Positions 11,376 to 25,374 are shown, numbered from the whole stretch's first letter. The stretch is 63,454 nucleotides of DNA, filler included, from Octopus bimaculoides (GCF_001194135.2; 6 parts of 6 records of this genome joined end to end with filler, not necessarily neighbours in it); one strand, 5' to 3'. A program made the numbers and translations. Notes: generated by a model from the letters alone, not told the origin.

Positions 11376-14300
11376 TAAATATAAGAGGTACAAATATATT
11401 TATATATGCTAGGGAACTACGTAAGAACCTGCCTCGCTAAAAATAGAAGTCAAAATACTTCTAAGCCACGGAAGAATCACTAAATTAATACAGGCATGTA
11501 GAAAAAAATTTACCGAACAAGAATAGCGTCTTACCTCCACCAAAGATACAGGAGGAATGTCAGTTAATTTGATGTCATGATTTCGAATTTAGCGCCTATT
11601 TCTCTTTAATCAAATCTGCCAGGATATAGCTACTAGAATTCACTACCATCATCGCTATAAATTCATTTGAGTGGTCGAATACCATTGAAAGAAACGAACC
11701 ACGTAAAATTACTTATAAATATAAAAGAACAATATTATTTCTAAAAATATAAACGTTAGTGGCGGCGAGCGTAAAAAAACGTATAGGCAAATTGATAATT
11801 ATATATAAGATATATAAATATATTTATATATACTAGGGTACTATATAAGCACCTGCTTCGCTAAAAATAGAAGTTAAAATACTTCTAAGCCATAGGAGAA
11901 TCGCTAAATTAATACAGGAATAATAGAATAAAGTTACTGCATGGCTACTACCGTTATCATTTTTAGAAATAATATCGTTCTTTTATATATAATACCTGTA
12001 TAGTATATATCATAATGATATTTATTCTCCGATTTGAAGCGACAATTTTTTTAATATAAACAAATGACTGAAAAATGATGAGCGTTATCCATACTTTTGT
12101 CTCTGTCTGGCCCTAAAGCCATATTCTCTTTATGTATTACGCTTTTGTCCCTCGTCCGCCCACAAACGGTCTCGTCTTGAATCACATTTATCCATGTTCG
12201 TACATCTAAAAATAATAACTCACAGATCGATGCTTTCATGGCTCCTTGCTAATCTGATTGACCAAATGCTCACCCATCAATTTCAGTCAAATTTAGTTAA
12301 TATATATTTAAACCGCCTTGACACTACATAAATAATATATTTCTAAAGAAACCCAAAAGGCTTTGCGATTTACGGAGAGAAAGCTACTACGGAAGGTTCA
12401 TAGTATAATAACTGTATAATATATATCATAATGATATCTATTCTCCGATTTCAAGCAACAATTTTTTAAAAATAAAAACAAATGACTGAAAAATGATGAG
12501 CTAACCTCAGGCAGAATCAAACTCACAAACTGTCACTTTTGTGGCTCCTTGCGAATCTGACAGGCCTGCTCACCCATCAATTTCAGTCAAATTTANNNNN
12601 NNNNNNNNNNNNNNNNNNNNNNNNNNNNNNNNNNNNNNNNNNNNNNNNNNNNNNNNNNNNNNNNNNNNNNNNNNNNNNNNNNNNNNNNNNNNNNNNNNNN
12701 NNNNNNNNNNNNNNNNNNNNNNNNNNNNNNNNNNNNNNNNNNNNNNNNNNNNNNNNNNNNNNNNNNNNNNNNNNNNNNNNNNNNNNNNNNNNNNNNNNNN
12801 NNNNNNNNNTATATATATATATATATATATATCAAGGATCGAGCAGACAGAACAAGGAGAAAAAGTTAGACGAAAGTAGCGCAAACGGGAAACTAGACGT
12901 AAAATCAACATATATATATATCTATATATTTATATTAGAAGAGCAAATCAGTAACAATAATAGCAATTTTAGAAGCAATGAGACATTCTTCGAGAGTTAA
13001 ATTCAGTTAATTGTACCAATTACTAGCGCTAAAAAATACTCGTTGAACGGCAACATTTTAATTCTCATGTTAAATTTATGCTGCTTGACTTACTAATGTA
13101 ATTAATGAAAGAGAATTTCGTGAAAGCTGATCATGTAACCACTATGATTATTCATAACAAGTTTATTTACATTCCCGTGAACGAGTTAGATAAACCAATT
13201 GAATACATATAACAACCAAAATGGCGATTTCTAGAAGTCGTGAAAGAAATGGTTTACATGACTCAAATGTTGTTCTTTTAAAATTTCGAGTCCGAAATCC
13301 GACCAAGTATTTCATCTTCCTTTGTGTCGTTCCGTGAATGATAAAATTGATCCTCATAATTTACTGCAATTAACTTTATCCTTGTTACAAGCACAGCTGT
13401 ATTGAAATCACAATGCTGTTTCTATCACTTCAAAGTGAAGCAAATACATTTTTTAATGCTTCTAAATTTTGCGAGAATTGCTTCACTGTCACTACATCCA
13501 TTTTTGCTTGAAACATAAGGTCACCTACCCATCTTAAAGTATGCTATCACATAACGAATAAATAGAGAAAAAAATGTCATGAATAAAAAAAATATGAATT
13601 CAAATTCTTAAAAGTAGTTTTAAAAGTGTCTCACTTAACTAGAAATGATCTATACATTGATTGTTTATAAATAGAACTAATGATGAGGAATGATATATTC
13701 GTGAATGAGGTTACTTAGTAGCTTCGCTATATGTAAAGTCATAACTGGAAACCAAGTAACATTTAAACTGACTATTTAGTATTCGTTAAAAAAATTTGTT
13801 AACTTCCATTCGGTTGAAAAAATAAGGAAAAACTTGAAATATTAAACAAACATGACGAAAGAAAAGTAAGATTTTTAAAAAGTATGTCTGTTGAAATTTC
13901 CATTTACAAATATCCATTTATACAAAGCAACGATATAGTTGCAGAAAGGGGATACAGATGAATGATTCGGTTTAGACATTCAACGCGTTACTTTGTAAAG
14001 AATAAAATAGTAATCGATCAAATTTGAAATATCAAAGAAAAATTATACAAAATTACAGTTGTAAAGCGTAGTAAGTGTGAGAAGTAAGATAACTTTAGTC
14101 AATCGAAAACTACTTTTGAACAACAGTTAACAAAAGCTAACAAAAAGAAAAGCTCTATCTCAAAATAATAAAAATAAAATTGCTTCTGATTCTTGTGGGG
14201 GAAAAGTTAGTCGATTACCAGTACTTCACTACTTTGCTACCTGATCCACTTCAGCACTTGACTAGCAATTAAAGTTGATATCTACGGAATTTAAACTCAG

Positions 14301-17300
14301 GACATGCACTAAATAAATAAATAAATAAATAAAAACTCGTCGATGTACTGCAAGACGCTGCTAATCTACCGCCATGTTTATAGGAAAATGTTTCTAATTC
14401 AGGTAAAATGCCAATAGATTTTTGAAAGGAAAGGATAATCAATTATATCGACCCTAGTACTTGATTGTAATTAATCTTATTGACCCCAGAGGGAAGAAAG
14501 GCAAGTTGGCCACAGTAGAATTTGAACTCATAATGTAAAGAACCGAAACAAATAGAGTAAAGTATTTTCTCCGATGCTCTAATGATTCTTCCAATCTGCA
14601 GTAAAATCAATAACAACAATAGCATTATGGATTCTGCTTTAGGCGTAAGACTACCAATTTTGAGGGGAGTGATTAATCGAATACTTGAGTACTTTGTTTT
14701 ATAGATACCCAAAGGATGAAAGGGAGTTGGTCTCTGCGAGCTTTGAACCCTGAATGTAAAGGCTCGGAACAAGCTATTTTCCCCGACACTCAAACGATTC
14801 TGCGTGTCTGATCTTTGACAAAATACTTACTTTTTTCTTCATCTTGCAAATTTTAACTTTAGTAGTTCAAATGTGTTAAAATTGTGAGGATTCTAAGGTG
14901 GGGCGCTTTCAAATCCGTTTGAACTCCGGATAAAATGCCGAGTGGTGTAACTTCAAAGTTCAAATTCTGCTGAAGTCAACTGTCCCTATCATCGTATCAG
15001 GGTCCACAAAATAAGTACCAGGCGAACACTAATGTGACTGAGAGGGATACATCAAGGACACGTGTTTGTAATGATAAGAGCATAGAGAATCAAGGACAAT
15101 TATCTTCTCAGTCGCCCGCTCGTATGCTCTCAACACCACTGTGGTCGTTTCCATAGCCTCATTAATATCATTAATCTCTGCATGACTCATGAATAGTTAC
15201 CTCATGTTTTCCAAGAAGTAATGTATTCACTTATTTAGTATAATGTGTTGCTGATAGTAATATTTTTTTGATTGAATACTATCAACTCTTAATAAAACAC
15301 TAATTTCTCTGAATTAAAAATTGAATAGAGAACTAAATATTCATTAAGTCTCTTGATAACTACAAACGTCACATATTTTGTGTTAATCATTTAAGAATTA
15401 TAAATTCATTAAGGAATCGAACAAACAAACAGTCGAATTATCTTTTAATATTTCAATAATTATATTTAGATGTTAGATAATGAGTGTTTATATATAGAGC
15501 GGTATTTCGGAAAAAAAAAACAGAAAAATGTGTGTGCATGTGTATGCGTTTGTGCGTGTGTGTGTATGTGTAACGCTGTGTGCGAATATGTTTTTGGCGA
15601 GCACGTGGTAGATTTTTTGCCCAAATATTTGGTTTTAAAAATCCAGACATATCGGTTTGACTGTATGATAAAGAAGTTCGTTTCGCAATCACGAAAATTC
15701 TAGGTTATATTCCACTGCACAGCGCATCGAATTAACTCGGGTCTTCTGAATGACATTCGATAAATAGAAACATGTTTTCGTCCAGTAAATTAGTAATTCG
15801 ACAAAATATGAATAAAATAAAGAATGGGATCGAGAGGAGGAGGAGGAGGAGGAGATCTAGGTAGTTGGCTGTAGCTGAAAATGTCTCTGCATTATATAAT
15901 GCACTAAATACTGGGTTCTCATAGTAGTGGCGATGACTAACTAAGGCTGCTGGACAATTATTAAAACTTGTTCAAGAAAAAGAAAATTTATACAACTATA
16001 TTAGAGAATATCAGTATAAGCGCCTACATACTTTGGTTATTCCATCATACTTGAACTGAAATCATATAATATTTCTTAAAATGAAAATAGCATCACGGTT
16101 AATCTCTGTTTAATAATAGTAAATATAAATGTTAGTTGGTTAGTTGATTTTGAATCATGCTTTACATCGTGCAAAAAGTGGAGAAGAGAGAGAGTAGAAA
16201 GGAGATACGAAGAGAGTTAACATGATAAGTGTAGAATGAGTGCACATATAAGGCTTAGTGGCAAACAATAAGTCAAAGAACGCTGCGCACTCACAATGAG
16301 ACAGAAAGAATCATAGAGACGGAAAGCGAAACGGAGGAGGAGGGGGAAACAGCAGAAAAATTGGGTATGGCCGAAGTCTAATGGATGAAACAAGGAAAAA
16401 ATAAAGGAAAGATACATACAATATGTATAATTTAACTATAACCAAATTACCATGTGGAAAAAGTGTTCTACCAGAGTTATGTTATGAGGGTAACACACCA
16501 GTCAGTTTATAATATAGCTTATCTGTTTCGATACATCGACATATAAACAACAGTCTATTATTTACGATATTTATGACGCTGCTAATATTTAATTTTACCA
16601 TATTCCTATGTGGCTTCCGCTTTCTATGATTCGTCGTTGTTTTAACCATCACAATAACAGCAAACAACTATTCACTCTCCATACCTAATACTATTAACCA
16701 GACCCGTGGGGTTAACACATACATATGTACTTACATATATACATATATACATACATACACACACACACATCACATCACATAAATGTATCTCTGTATCTCT
16801 ATAGATTTTCTATAGAATTCAGAGACAGTACTATAAGTTACAACGTTTCATATACGAATACGTCTATGTAAACAACGCATATTTAATTGAACAATGCAAT
16901 CAGTACAATGCAATCAGTACATCAATTTAAATGCAGTGCTATCATCAGCTGCACAAATAAATAGAATCGTAACCAGTTCGACATATTAATATAGTCTTTC
17001 TCAAATATTTCAACAGAGCTAGTAGATGGAAGAAATTCATGTTGTCGTTATTGTAGCTAAGAATAGACTAGACTAAAAGAAGGCTGGCTAGAGGAAGACT
17101 CTAAATCATGATGTTAATTACCAGTTAAAGGGGCAAGACACTAATAAAACCTGTGATGTTAATACAGAGGAAATTTTATCATGGGGTACTATGGATGATT
17201 GTTTATAAACAATATTGTTATGTTGTATAAAGATAAAATTTAAGATTATCAAAAATGATATTATAACCAAAATAGATAAAATGTGTGTATATATCAATTA

Positions 17301-17661
17301 TCAACATTAAAAAAGAAAGATTACATAAAATCAGTTTAATATGCATTCATGCATTTAATTAATTACTCATTAGATGGTTTCTATAAAGACTGCACAGGGC
17401 GTTAACTTGTAGAATACTGGAAAGATAAACATGCTATCTATATAATAATTATAAGTCAAGAATAAAAAAAAAATTAAAAAAGACTAAAGATGTGTACAAA
17501 TACACACACATATTTATATATGTGCACACTTACACAAATATTTATACGTTTATATGGATATAGTATAACCGTCTCGCATAGATTTAAGTAACTGAAAAGT
17601 ATTTATTTATGAACAAGAAAAATAATTTATAAGGGATAAGAGGTTAATAGGTCATGCACAT

Positions 17662-17988
17662 ATAAATAAAAAGGAGCACTCCGTCGGTTACGACGACGAG
17701 GGTCCCAGCTGATCCGATCAACGGAACAGCTTGCTCGTGAAATTAACGTGCATGTGGCTGAGCATTCCACAAACACGTGTACCCTTAACGTAGTTCTCAG
17801 GGAGATCAGCGAGACATAAAGTGTGACAAGGCTGGGCCTTTTTTGAAGTACAGACACTACTCATTTTTGCCAGCTGAGTGGACTGGTGAAACGTGAAATA
17901 AAGTGTCTTGCTCAAGGACACAACGCGTCGCCGGGAATTGAACTCACGACCTTACATTCGTGAGCTGAATGCCCTAATTACTAGGCCA
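17662..17988 (-). mobile_element. tRNA-derived SINE family D (head also at 53715-53885, plus strand)
   Basis: A box TGGCCTAGTAATTAGG and B box GAGTTCAATTCC on the minus strand. Confidence 0.8.
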
Positions 17989-18699
17989 TGCACATATATG
18001 CATATATACACATATACAAATATTTATACGTTTATATGGATATAGTATAACCATCTCCCATAAGCTTATGTAGCTGAAAAATCTCTAAGAACAGTAACAA
18101 CTTATAATGGATAAGAGTTTAATAGGTAAGGATATCAAAATAAGAAAACAAAATAATAAGAATTTATAGAAAATAATAAGAAATACATATAACCTCTATT
18201 TAAAGAGACGGGGTATTAAAATTTGAGGTAAGGAAGAAACAGAGGTAACCCGAAAAGAGGAGGTAGTAGGTATGGATCTAGTGAGGGCAGTTAGAGGTAT
18301 TCAGACCGAAGAGACTTTATAAATTGTAATGTTACAGGTGCTATTATAGATATATGATTTTATAATACCTAGGGGGCATATAATCAGGAGACTTACTTAC
18401 ATAAAGTCATTAAATATATATACATATTATCAGTAGTGTAGACATCATAGAAAAGAAAATAATAGTTTAATTACCAAAAATATGATGAAGTCAGACTAAT
18501 TGAGCAGGAGTTATCATGGAATAGTAATTACATTTTGCGCACCACATACCATAACATATAGCTTATAACATATGCAATGCAATTTAATTCACCATATAAC
18601 ATAATATCCCATGATTTTATTATATTTAATACTAGAGGGTAAGTTTACAACGGATACGATACCAAAATTAATTTCCACCATCAAAGTTCAAGTATGGCA

Positions 18700-20570
18700 C
18701 CTATAATCGGTAATTTCGAAAATACTTAAATGTACGGGTGACACAATGCACGCATAATACCCTTAGGTCTAATCTATTATCATTCAGGTTGTTCTTGTCC
18801 CTATACTTAAAAATCTGATAAGTTTCCGTAGAGTACAGCTCACACCCGTATCGACGATCTCTCTAAGGCTGCGCTTTTTGTATTATATTTCATTTAAGGC
18901 TAAATTCGATCCCGCTTTCCTTCAGTTCCCAAATCTTTCTAGATAAGGATGTACAATTGGCTTTATATTTTAGTCTAAAAGATGAAAAATGGTTATTGAT
19001 ACGGTTTTTCATATTTATCGAACATCCTATTGTACATTTATAAATTATGTTTTGGATTAAACATCGGCCTAATAACTGACAGTGGGATTTAACTCTACAA
19101 TTGGAACAAGGAGAATAACTGCTATTAATATTATTGATATTCCTATTATCATCATTATTATTGTTGTTGCTATTATTATCATTATCACTATTATTATTAT
19201 TCTTCATATTACTACTATCGTTTGTGTTATTTTTAATTCTGTTATTATTTATACTTCCTTCAACTGTAGTATCATTCAAATTCATCTTAGCATTAAGAGG
19301 CATTGTGTCAGTAATCCCTGAGCTAGTATAAACCTCGGAGTTACAGTCTATATTGTACATATTAGATGTGTTAGTACTGTTGTTTCTAATTCCTACATCA
19401 CTATTAATATTATTCTCATTGTCGAGGGTTAAACTAGTGTTGATAATAATATTATTATTAAACCCTCTTGCCGATTTTATATTATGTCTATTTAACCTGG
19501 CTATGATGGTACTTATATTGGGGAGGGTAGAATACGAGATTCTAACTGTCTTACGGGAAAATATTTTATTATATCTATGAGAAGCAGGGCAGTTTTTTTC
19601 TGAAATTGCCATAAATTTGTTATATATGTTTGTGGATATGGCACAATTGAAGAGAACGTTATACCAGACCAAACCTTTATTTTCAAACTTCTTACGTATG
19701 TAAGGGCGGAATTTACCTGCTCTTTCAACGCCTCCCAAAATCGCGACTTGATTATTAGGTACGGCTATATTATCAATATTTTCCTCATCATTAGAGGGTG
19801 GCATAATACACTCAGTCACCTCACTACCTTTATTATATAAACTGATATTTCTACTGGTTATTGCATCTAATTTCATGTTGTTACTTATCTTTTTATTTAA
19901 ATTGATGGGTTTGTTTGATGCTTTCATAGTTGGTCTGTTTTCCCGACCAAGGAAGACTGTATTCCCCCTCTCACTTAAAATCTCATTTTTTTCTACTATT
20001 AGTAGGTGTTATACTTTCTGGATAATGAAAAGTAATTCCATGGTTGTATCCTGCCTTAGACAAACCGAAGTTATAGTGGTGGTAATGGGTATTAAAAATA
20101 TCTTTATTTGCTGATAATTTCGTAATTATTTTCGAAATACTTTTGACTAATGATCTTAATACATTGGGTGCGGGATTTGATGTTTTGTTCACATACCTCG
20201 TAACTTCACCTAGTTTCCTATAGGGGTGGTATAATCCTGAGTTAATGTTTAATGTAGTATCCAAGAAGTTTGTCACCTTTGTGGCATATTCAAATGTAAT
20301 TCCTAAGATGACCGGTTTGTTGTCGCTAGGGATAATAAATAGAGCATTATCTCTTTATAAACCTCCCTGCAATTCAGGGATTTCACTATCAAGGTACTTT
20401 AAGAGATACGCACCACCTAGGTTAGTAATTTCCGCCGAATCACTGGAGCCCATAGCTATATCAAACCTTGACTACGGCTTACCCTCAAATTCTATGAAAG
20501 TCATCCTGGCTAAAAGAATAATGTAATTTTTATCCTTAGTTATGAGATAGCGGTTTTTTGCGAAAATTAG
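18700..20570 (-). pseudogene. Penelope-like element ORF remnant: 5'-truncated RT, thumb, and C-terminal GIY-YIG-type endonuclease
   Basis: FDIAMGSSDSAEITNLGG, GL*RDN (YRDD motif), NFLDTTLN, YHPYRK, WYN, KIFSRKTVRISYSTLPN, CSNCRVKSHCQLLGRCL, KNRINNH, TSLSRKIWELK; several in-frame stops and one frameshift. Confidence 0.9.
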
Positions 20571-20789
20571 AGATATTTTTCTTTTTCATATATAGATACT
20601 TTTCAGTTACTTAAATCTATGCGAGACGGTTATACTATATCCATATCAACGTATAAATATTTGTGTAAGTGTATGTGTTCACATATATAAATATGTGTGT
20701 GTATGTGTACACATCTTTAGTTTTTTTATTTTTTCTTATTCTTGGCTTATAATTAATATATAGATAGCATTCCATAAGTAGTGGGTAGC

Positions 20790-21135
20790 GATTTTCTTCA
20801 CTACTTCAGAGAGTGACGACCCTGCCTGACACGAGTCCCAGGCTCAGCTGGCTCCGGCTGACAGTACCCGGTATGGGCTCCTATTCAGGGTTACGGAAAG
20901 GAGACAACCTTCAAAGAAATCCTGAGTGGAGCCCCGTAGGCGGTTTAGTGTTTGATTCGACACTCTTCCGGCAGCTCCTGCAACCAAGCTGGTGTCAAAC
21001 GTAATGCTCTGCACTCCTTTGGACTACGTCAGCAAGGTCGATAGAAGAATCCTGATGATTGAGCTATCCAGGATTTCCTTACATCTAGCCCAGGCTTGCG
21101 CAAAACTGGAGAGGAAATTGGAGAGGACATGAAAT
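20790..21135 (+). mobile_element. GC-rich block resembling an RTE-LINE 5' UTR, present in the right arm only
   Basis: GGTGTCAAAC...GCACTCCTTTGGA...CCAGG motifs; absent from the left arm; family assignment from memory. Confidence 0.4.
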
Positions 21136-24041
21136 GTAAAAACTACACTAGATTAGTTTATGCGCACTCCATTATCTCCCGAGACAAAAGGATGCCAACA
21201 ACAAATTCTATAAGTAAATGCCCTGTGCAGTCTTTATAGAAACCATCTAATGAGTAATTAATTAAGTATATGAATGAATATTAAACTAATTTTATGTAAT
21301 CTTGCCTTTTTAATGTTGATAATTGATATATACACACATTTTATCTATTTTGGTTATGATATCATTTTTGATAATCTTAAATTTTATTTTTTATATAACA
21401 TAACAATATCGTTTTTAAACAATCACCCTTAGTACCCTAAGATAAAACTTCTTCTGTATTAACATCCTAGGTTTTTATTAGCGTCTTGTCCCTTTAACTG
21501 GTAATTAACATCATGATTTAGAGTCTTCCTCTAGCCAGCCTCATTTTATAGACAGTTACTTTATATCCAATTGAGTACTCCTAATACCTTCTTCCCTCCC
21601 TGAAGAAAAGGGATACATATGACAATATTTATGATCATACCTAGCCATGAGCTGTCAACTCACTCTTGCCCATCATTCTAAACAGGCACAGTCCTCTAAT
21701 CTTAGATTTAGTAATCGATAAAAAGACAATTAAATTAGAAATGAACCACAATCATTCACAAGCTATGACTCCAGTGGGCTTCGTGCCATTCTTGGAAGTC
21801 TAGTCTATTCTTAGCTACAATAGCGACAACATGAATTTCTTCCATTTCTTGCTCTGTTGAAATATTTGAGAAAGATTATGTTACTATGTCGAACTGGTTA
21901 CAATTCTATTTATTTATGCAGCTGATGATAACACTGCATTTAAATTGATGTACTGATTGCATTGTTCAATTAAATGGAGCCACTTGAAACGGTCGTACTG
22001 CATCCCTTCTTGATATCCAATTGCTTATTTATATATATATATTAAATGCTAGCAAGAACACAATATTTCGTTTTGCAACCATAATATACTACAAAGTATA
22101 TTACTAGTATACATGTTAATATTGCGCTTTACTTTTGTGTTAGCAGTGCGATATTCTAACTCTTAAGTGTATGTAAATTGGCCTATCCAACCGTGTTACA
22201 CCGCTAAACTTAGTGGCTAACACAGGTAGTTCATGAATAGTTGATTGATTGATGTGGTACAGATGAAAGAGTAATAACTCTTTAAATATGCGTTGTTTAC
22301 ATAGACGTGTTCGTATATGAAATGTTGTTACTTGCAGTACTGTCTCTGAATTCTATAGAAAATCTATGGAGATACAGAGATACATTTATATGTGATGTGA
22401 TGTGTGTGTGTATGTATGTATGTATGTATGCATGTGTGTATGTATGTATGTATGTATGTATGTATGTATGTATGTATGTATGTATGTATGTATGCAGGTA
22501 CGTATGTATGTGTTAATCCCACGGGTCTGGTGAATAGTATTAGGTTTGGCGACTGAACTGTTGTTTGTTATTATTGTGATGGTTAAAACAACGACGAATG
22601 GTACGTATGAGAGAGAGAGAGGGGGAGGGAAATGAGAGGGGAGAGTTGGAGGGAGAGATGGAACAAGTTGTAACTATTTTTAGCTGAGGTAGTAAAGAGA
22701 AACTAAAAACAATGGAACGTTGTTGAATCGATACAGGGGTGTATCGTGCGCCGGTGTGCGCATGTATGCACATACACATACTTATATACATACACTAATA
22801 GGCACGAATGGTTATAATATAGATAAGGTATTCATTAATGGAGATGGCAGTAGTGGTGTTTGTACTTAATAAGGAACGGATATCGAACAATTTATTTTTG
22901 TATACTGAAAACTTGAAAGCCAAAATCCATATGATATAGCGCATGCGCCTCAGTGCAAGTGATTGTTTTCACTGCCACCAATACTCCATGAACATCAACA
23001 ACAAATAAACAACAACTATCAAAAACAACTGAACATCATCATTACCGTTCATACATTTCGAACTATCATATCAACTTGTTTACTTTTTATTCTATTTCAT
23101 CTCCTCCCTGTCTCCGTTCAGTAACTTCCCTTTGTGTAACGCAAAAAGTAGGAGATATAACCAAATAATCTTTTTAATACATAGATTATATTAGACATTA
23201 TAATTACTAATTCTAGCCACAAAAATAAGTGGGCCCATTGACGTCAGTCAGTTTTTTTTGCTTCTCTCTCGAATAGCCTAACAGCATTTCACACTGAAAT
23301 TTTAGCTGTTAATCTCTAAATAATTTCATTTATACAATTATCATAGAAAGCGGAAGCCACATAGGAATATGGTAAAGTTAAATATTAGCAGCGTCATAAA
23401 TATCGGAAATAAACTGTTGTTTATATGCCGATGTATCGAAACAGATAAGCTACATTATAAACTGACTGGAGTGTTACTCTCATATGTATCTTTCCTTTAT
23501 TTTTTCCTTGTTTCATCCATTAGACTTCGGCCATACCCAATTTTTCTGCTATTTCCCCCTCCTCCTCCGTTTCGCTTTCCGTCTCTATGATTCTTTCTGT
23601 CTCACTGTGAGTGCGCAGCGTTCTTTGACTTATTGCTTGCCACTAAGCCTTATATGTGCACTCATTCTACACTTATCATGCTAACTCTCTTCGTATTTCC
23701 TTTCTACTCTCTCTTCTCCACTTTTTGCACGATGTAAAGCATGATTCAAAATCAACTAACCAACTAACATTTATATTTACTATTATTAAACAGAGATTAA
23801 CCGTGATGCTACTTCCATTTTAAGAAATATTGTATGATTTCAGTTCAAGTATATATACACATACACACACATACATATACATTAGCAATGCACCCCGGCG
23901 TTGACTAGGTGTTTATGACCTATAGCAACATTGTATTATTTATTCCTTTTTCATGGGCAGAATCGGCATACGAGGATTGTGAAGCAAACAACTCTTCTTT
24001 ATAAACATGTTTTTTCGGTCATTTTCCAATGCACAACGCTG

Positions 24042-24183
24042 CAGTTTCCGTCTACCAAATTCAGTCACAACTCTGTGGTTAGCCTAGGGCTATAGTAGAA
24101 AACACTTGCCCAAGCTACCATGCAGAGAGATTGAACGTGAAACCATGTGGTTGGGAAGCAAACTTTTGAACCACACAGTCATT
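24042..24183 (-). mobile_element. SINE family A, 5' half
   Basis: Reverse complement of family A head. Confidence 0.75.
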
Positions 24184-24429
24184 CTTGCACCTAATATGTG
24201 TGCGATTACATTTGTTGTTAAATCGAAACATAGTGTCCCACTACGTCTCAAAGTTAGCAGTTCATCAAGCAGGGTTCTATAAAATAAATGCCAGACTGAC
24301 ACTTTTATTGAGGTCAATATGATCAATTAAACTTTGAAGGAGATACCCCATCATGGCGACAATCGAAAGACGAAACTTAGTAAAATAATCCTTTCTATTG
24401 TAGGCCCAATGCCTGGATCTTGTGGGGAG

Positions 24430-24602
24430 GGTGAAGTCGATCATATCGACCCAGTACTCAACTGGTACTTGATTTATCGACACCGAAAGGATGAAAGGCA
24501 AATTCGACCTCGGCGGAATTTGAACTCAGAACGTAACGGCAGATGAAATACCCCTAAACATTTCGCCCGGCGTGCTAACGATTCTGCCAGCTCGCCGCCT
24601 TC
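24430..24602 (-). mobile_element. SINE family B, near consensus
   Basis: GGATGAAAGGCAAATTCGACCTCGGCGGAATTTGAACTCAG. Confidence 0.85.
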
Positions 24603-25081
24603 AAACCCAGTAAAATAATGTTTAAAGACTTAATGGCTTCAAATGTAAGGTAATTGATTACTAGCCACTAGAAACTGGGTTTAAAACTTCGTGTTGAACT
24701 TCCACTGTATACAATGACACTATATGTACATCTCAATGTACTTGACTTCTAACAATCAACAATTGTAATTTGAAGTTGAATGTTTAATAGTAAGAAAGAT
24801 ATTGTCTATTAAATAATACTAATAAAGTTGACGGTATATCTTCTAAGTTTCATTCCCTGGTAAAACTCCATGTATTTTAAACATTTTCGCATCATGCTTT
24901 ATCTAAGACATATTGTTCAGGTAGAGTTGCCTCCCTTAGATAAGGACCTCAAAATTATGTGACCTGACCTCGTTTACGAGGTTATTTTTGTGGTAAAAAA
25001 GAGTTGTACTTTATTTGGTGTCCAAAAGATTATTGAATCGGCAAATCAGTTTTCGAATCCATAAGGAACTCATACACGCAT

Positions 25082-25125
<44 letters not shown>

Positions 25126-25374
25126 NNNNNNNNNNNNNNNNNNNNNNNNNNNNNNNNNNNNNNNNNNNNNNNNNNNNNNNNNNNNNNNNNNNNNNNNNNN
25201 NNNNNNNNNNNNNNNNNNNNNNNNNNNNNNNNNNNNNNNNNNNNNNNNNNNNNNNNNNNNNNNNNNNNNNNNNNNNNNNNNNNNNNNNNNNNNNNNNNNN
25301 NNNNNNNNNNNNNNNNNNNNNNNNNNNNNNNNNNNNNNNNNNNNTATATATATATATTCATGTATATGTTAAAT

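Larger units (their letters stand above)
16047..23852. repeat. Large inverted repeat (left arm 16047-~17620, right arm ~20575-23852) enclosing the PLE
   Basis: Collinear reverse-complement blocks: 16047-16630/23341-23852, 16630-16885/22280-22600, 16885-17075/21795-21985, 17080-17405/21205-21545, 17430-17620/20575-20770. Confidence 0.95.

Noticed and set aside
17900-17988. tRNA gene (also the heads at 5403, 9505, 31163, 53715)
   Set aside because: A/B boxes continue into SINE bodies, with no complete cloverleaf or poly-T terminator.
18700-20570. Stop-codon readthrough or editing rescue of the PLE ORF (TGA at a conserved Trp, TAA/TAG at Tyr positions)
   Set aside because: Single-base nonsense changes plus a frameshift and internal deletions are explained by ordinary decay.
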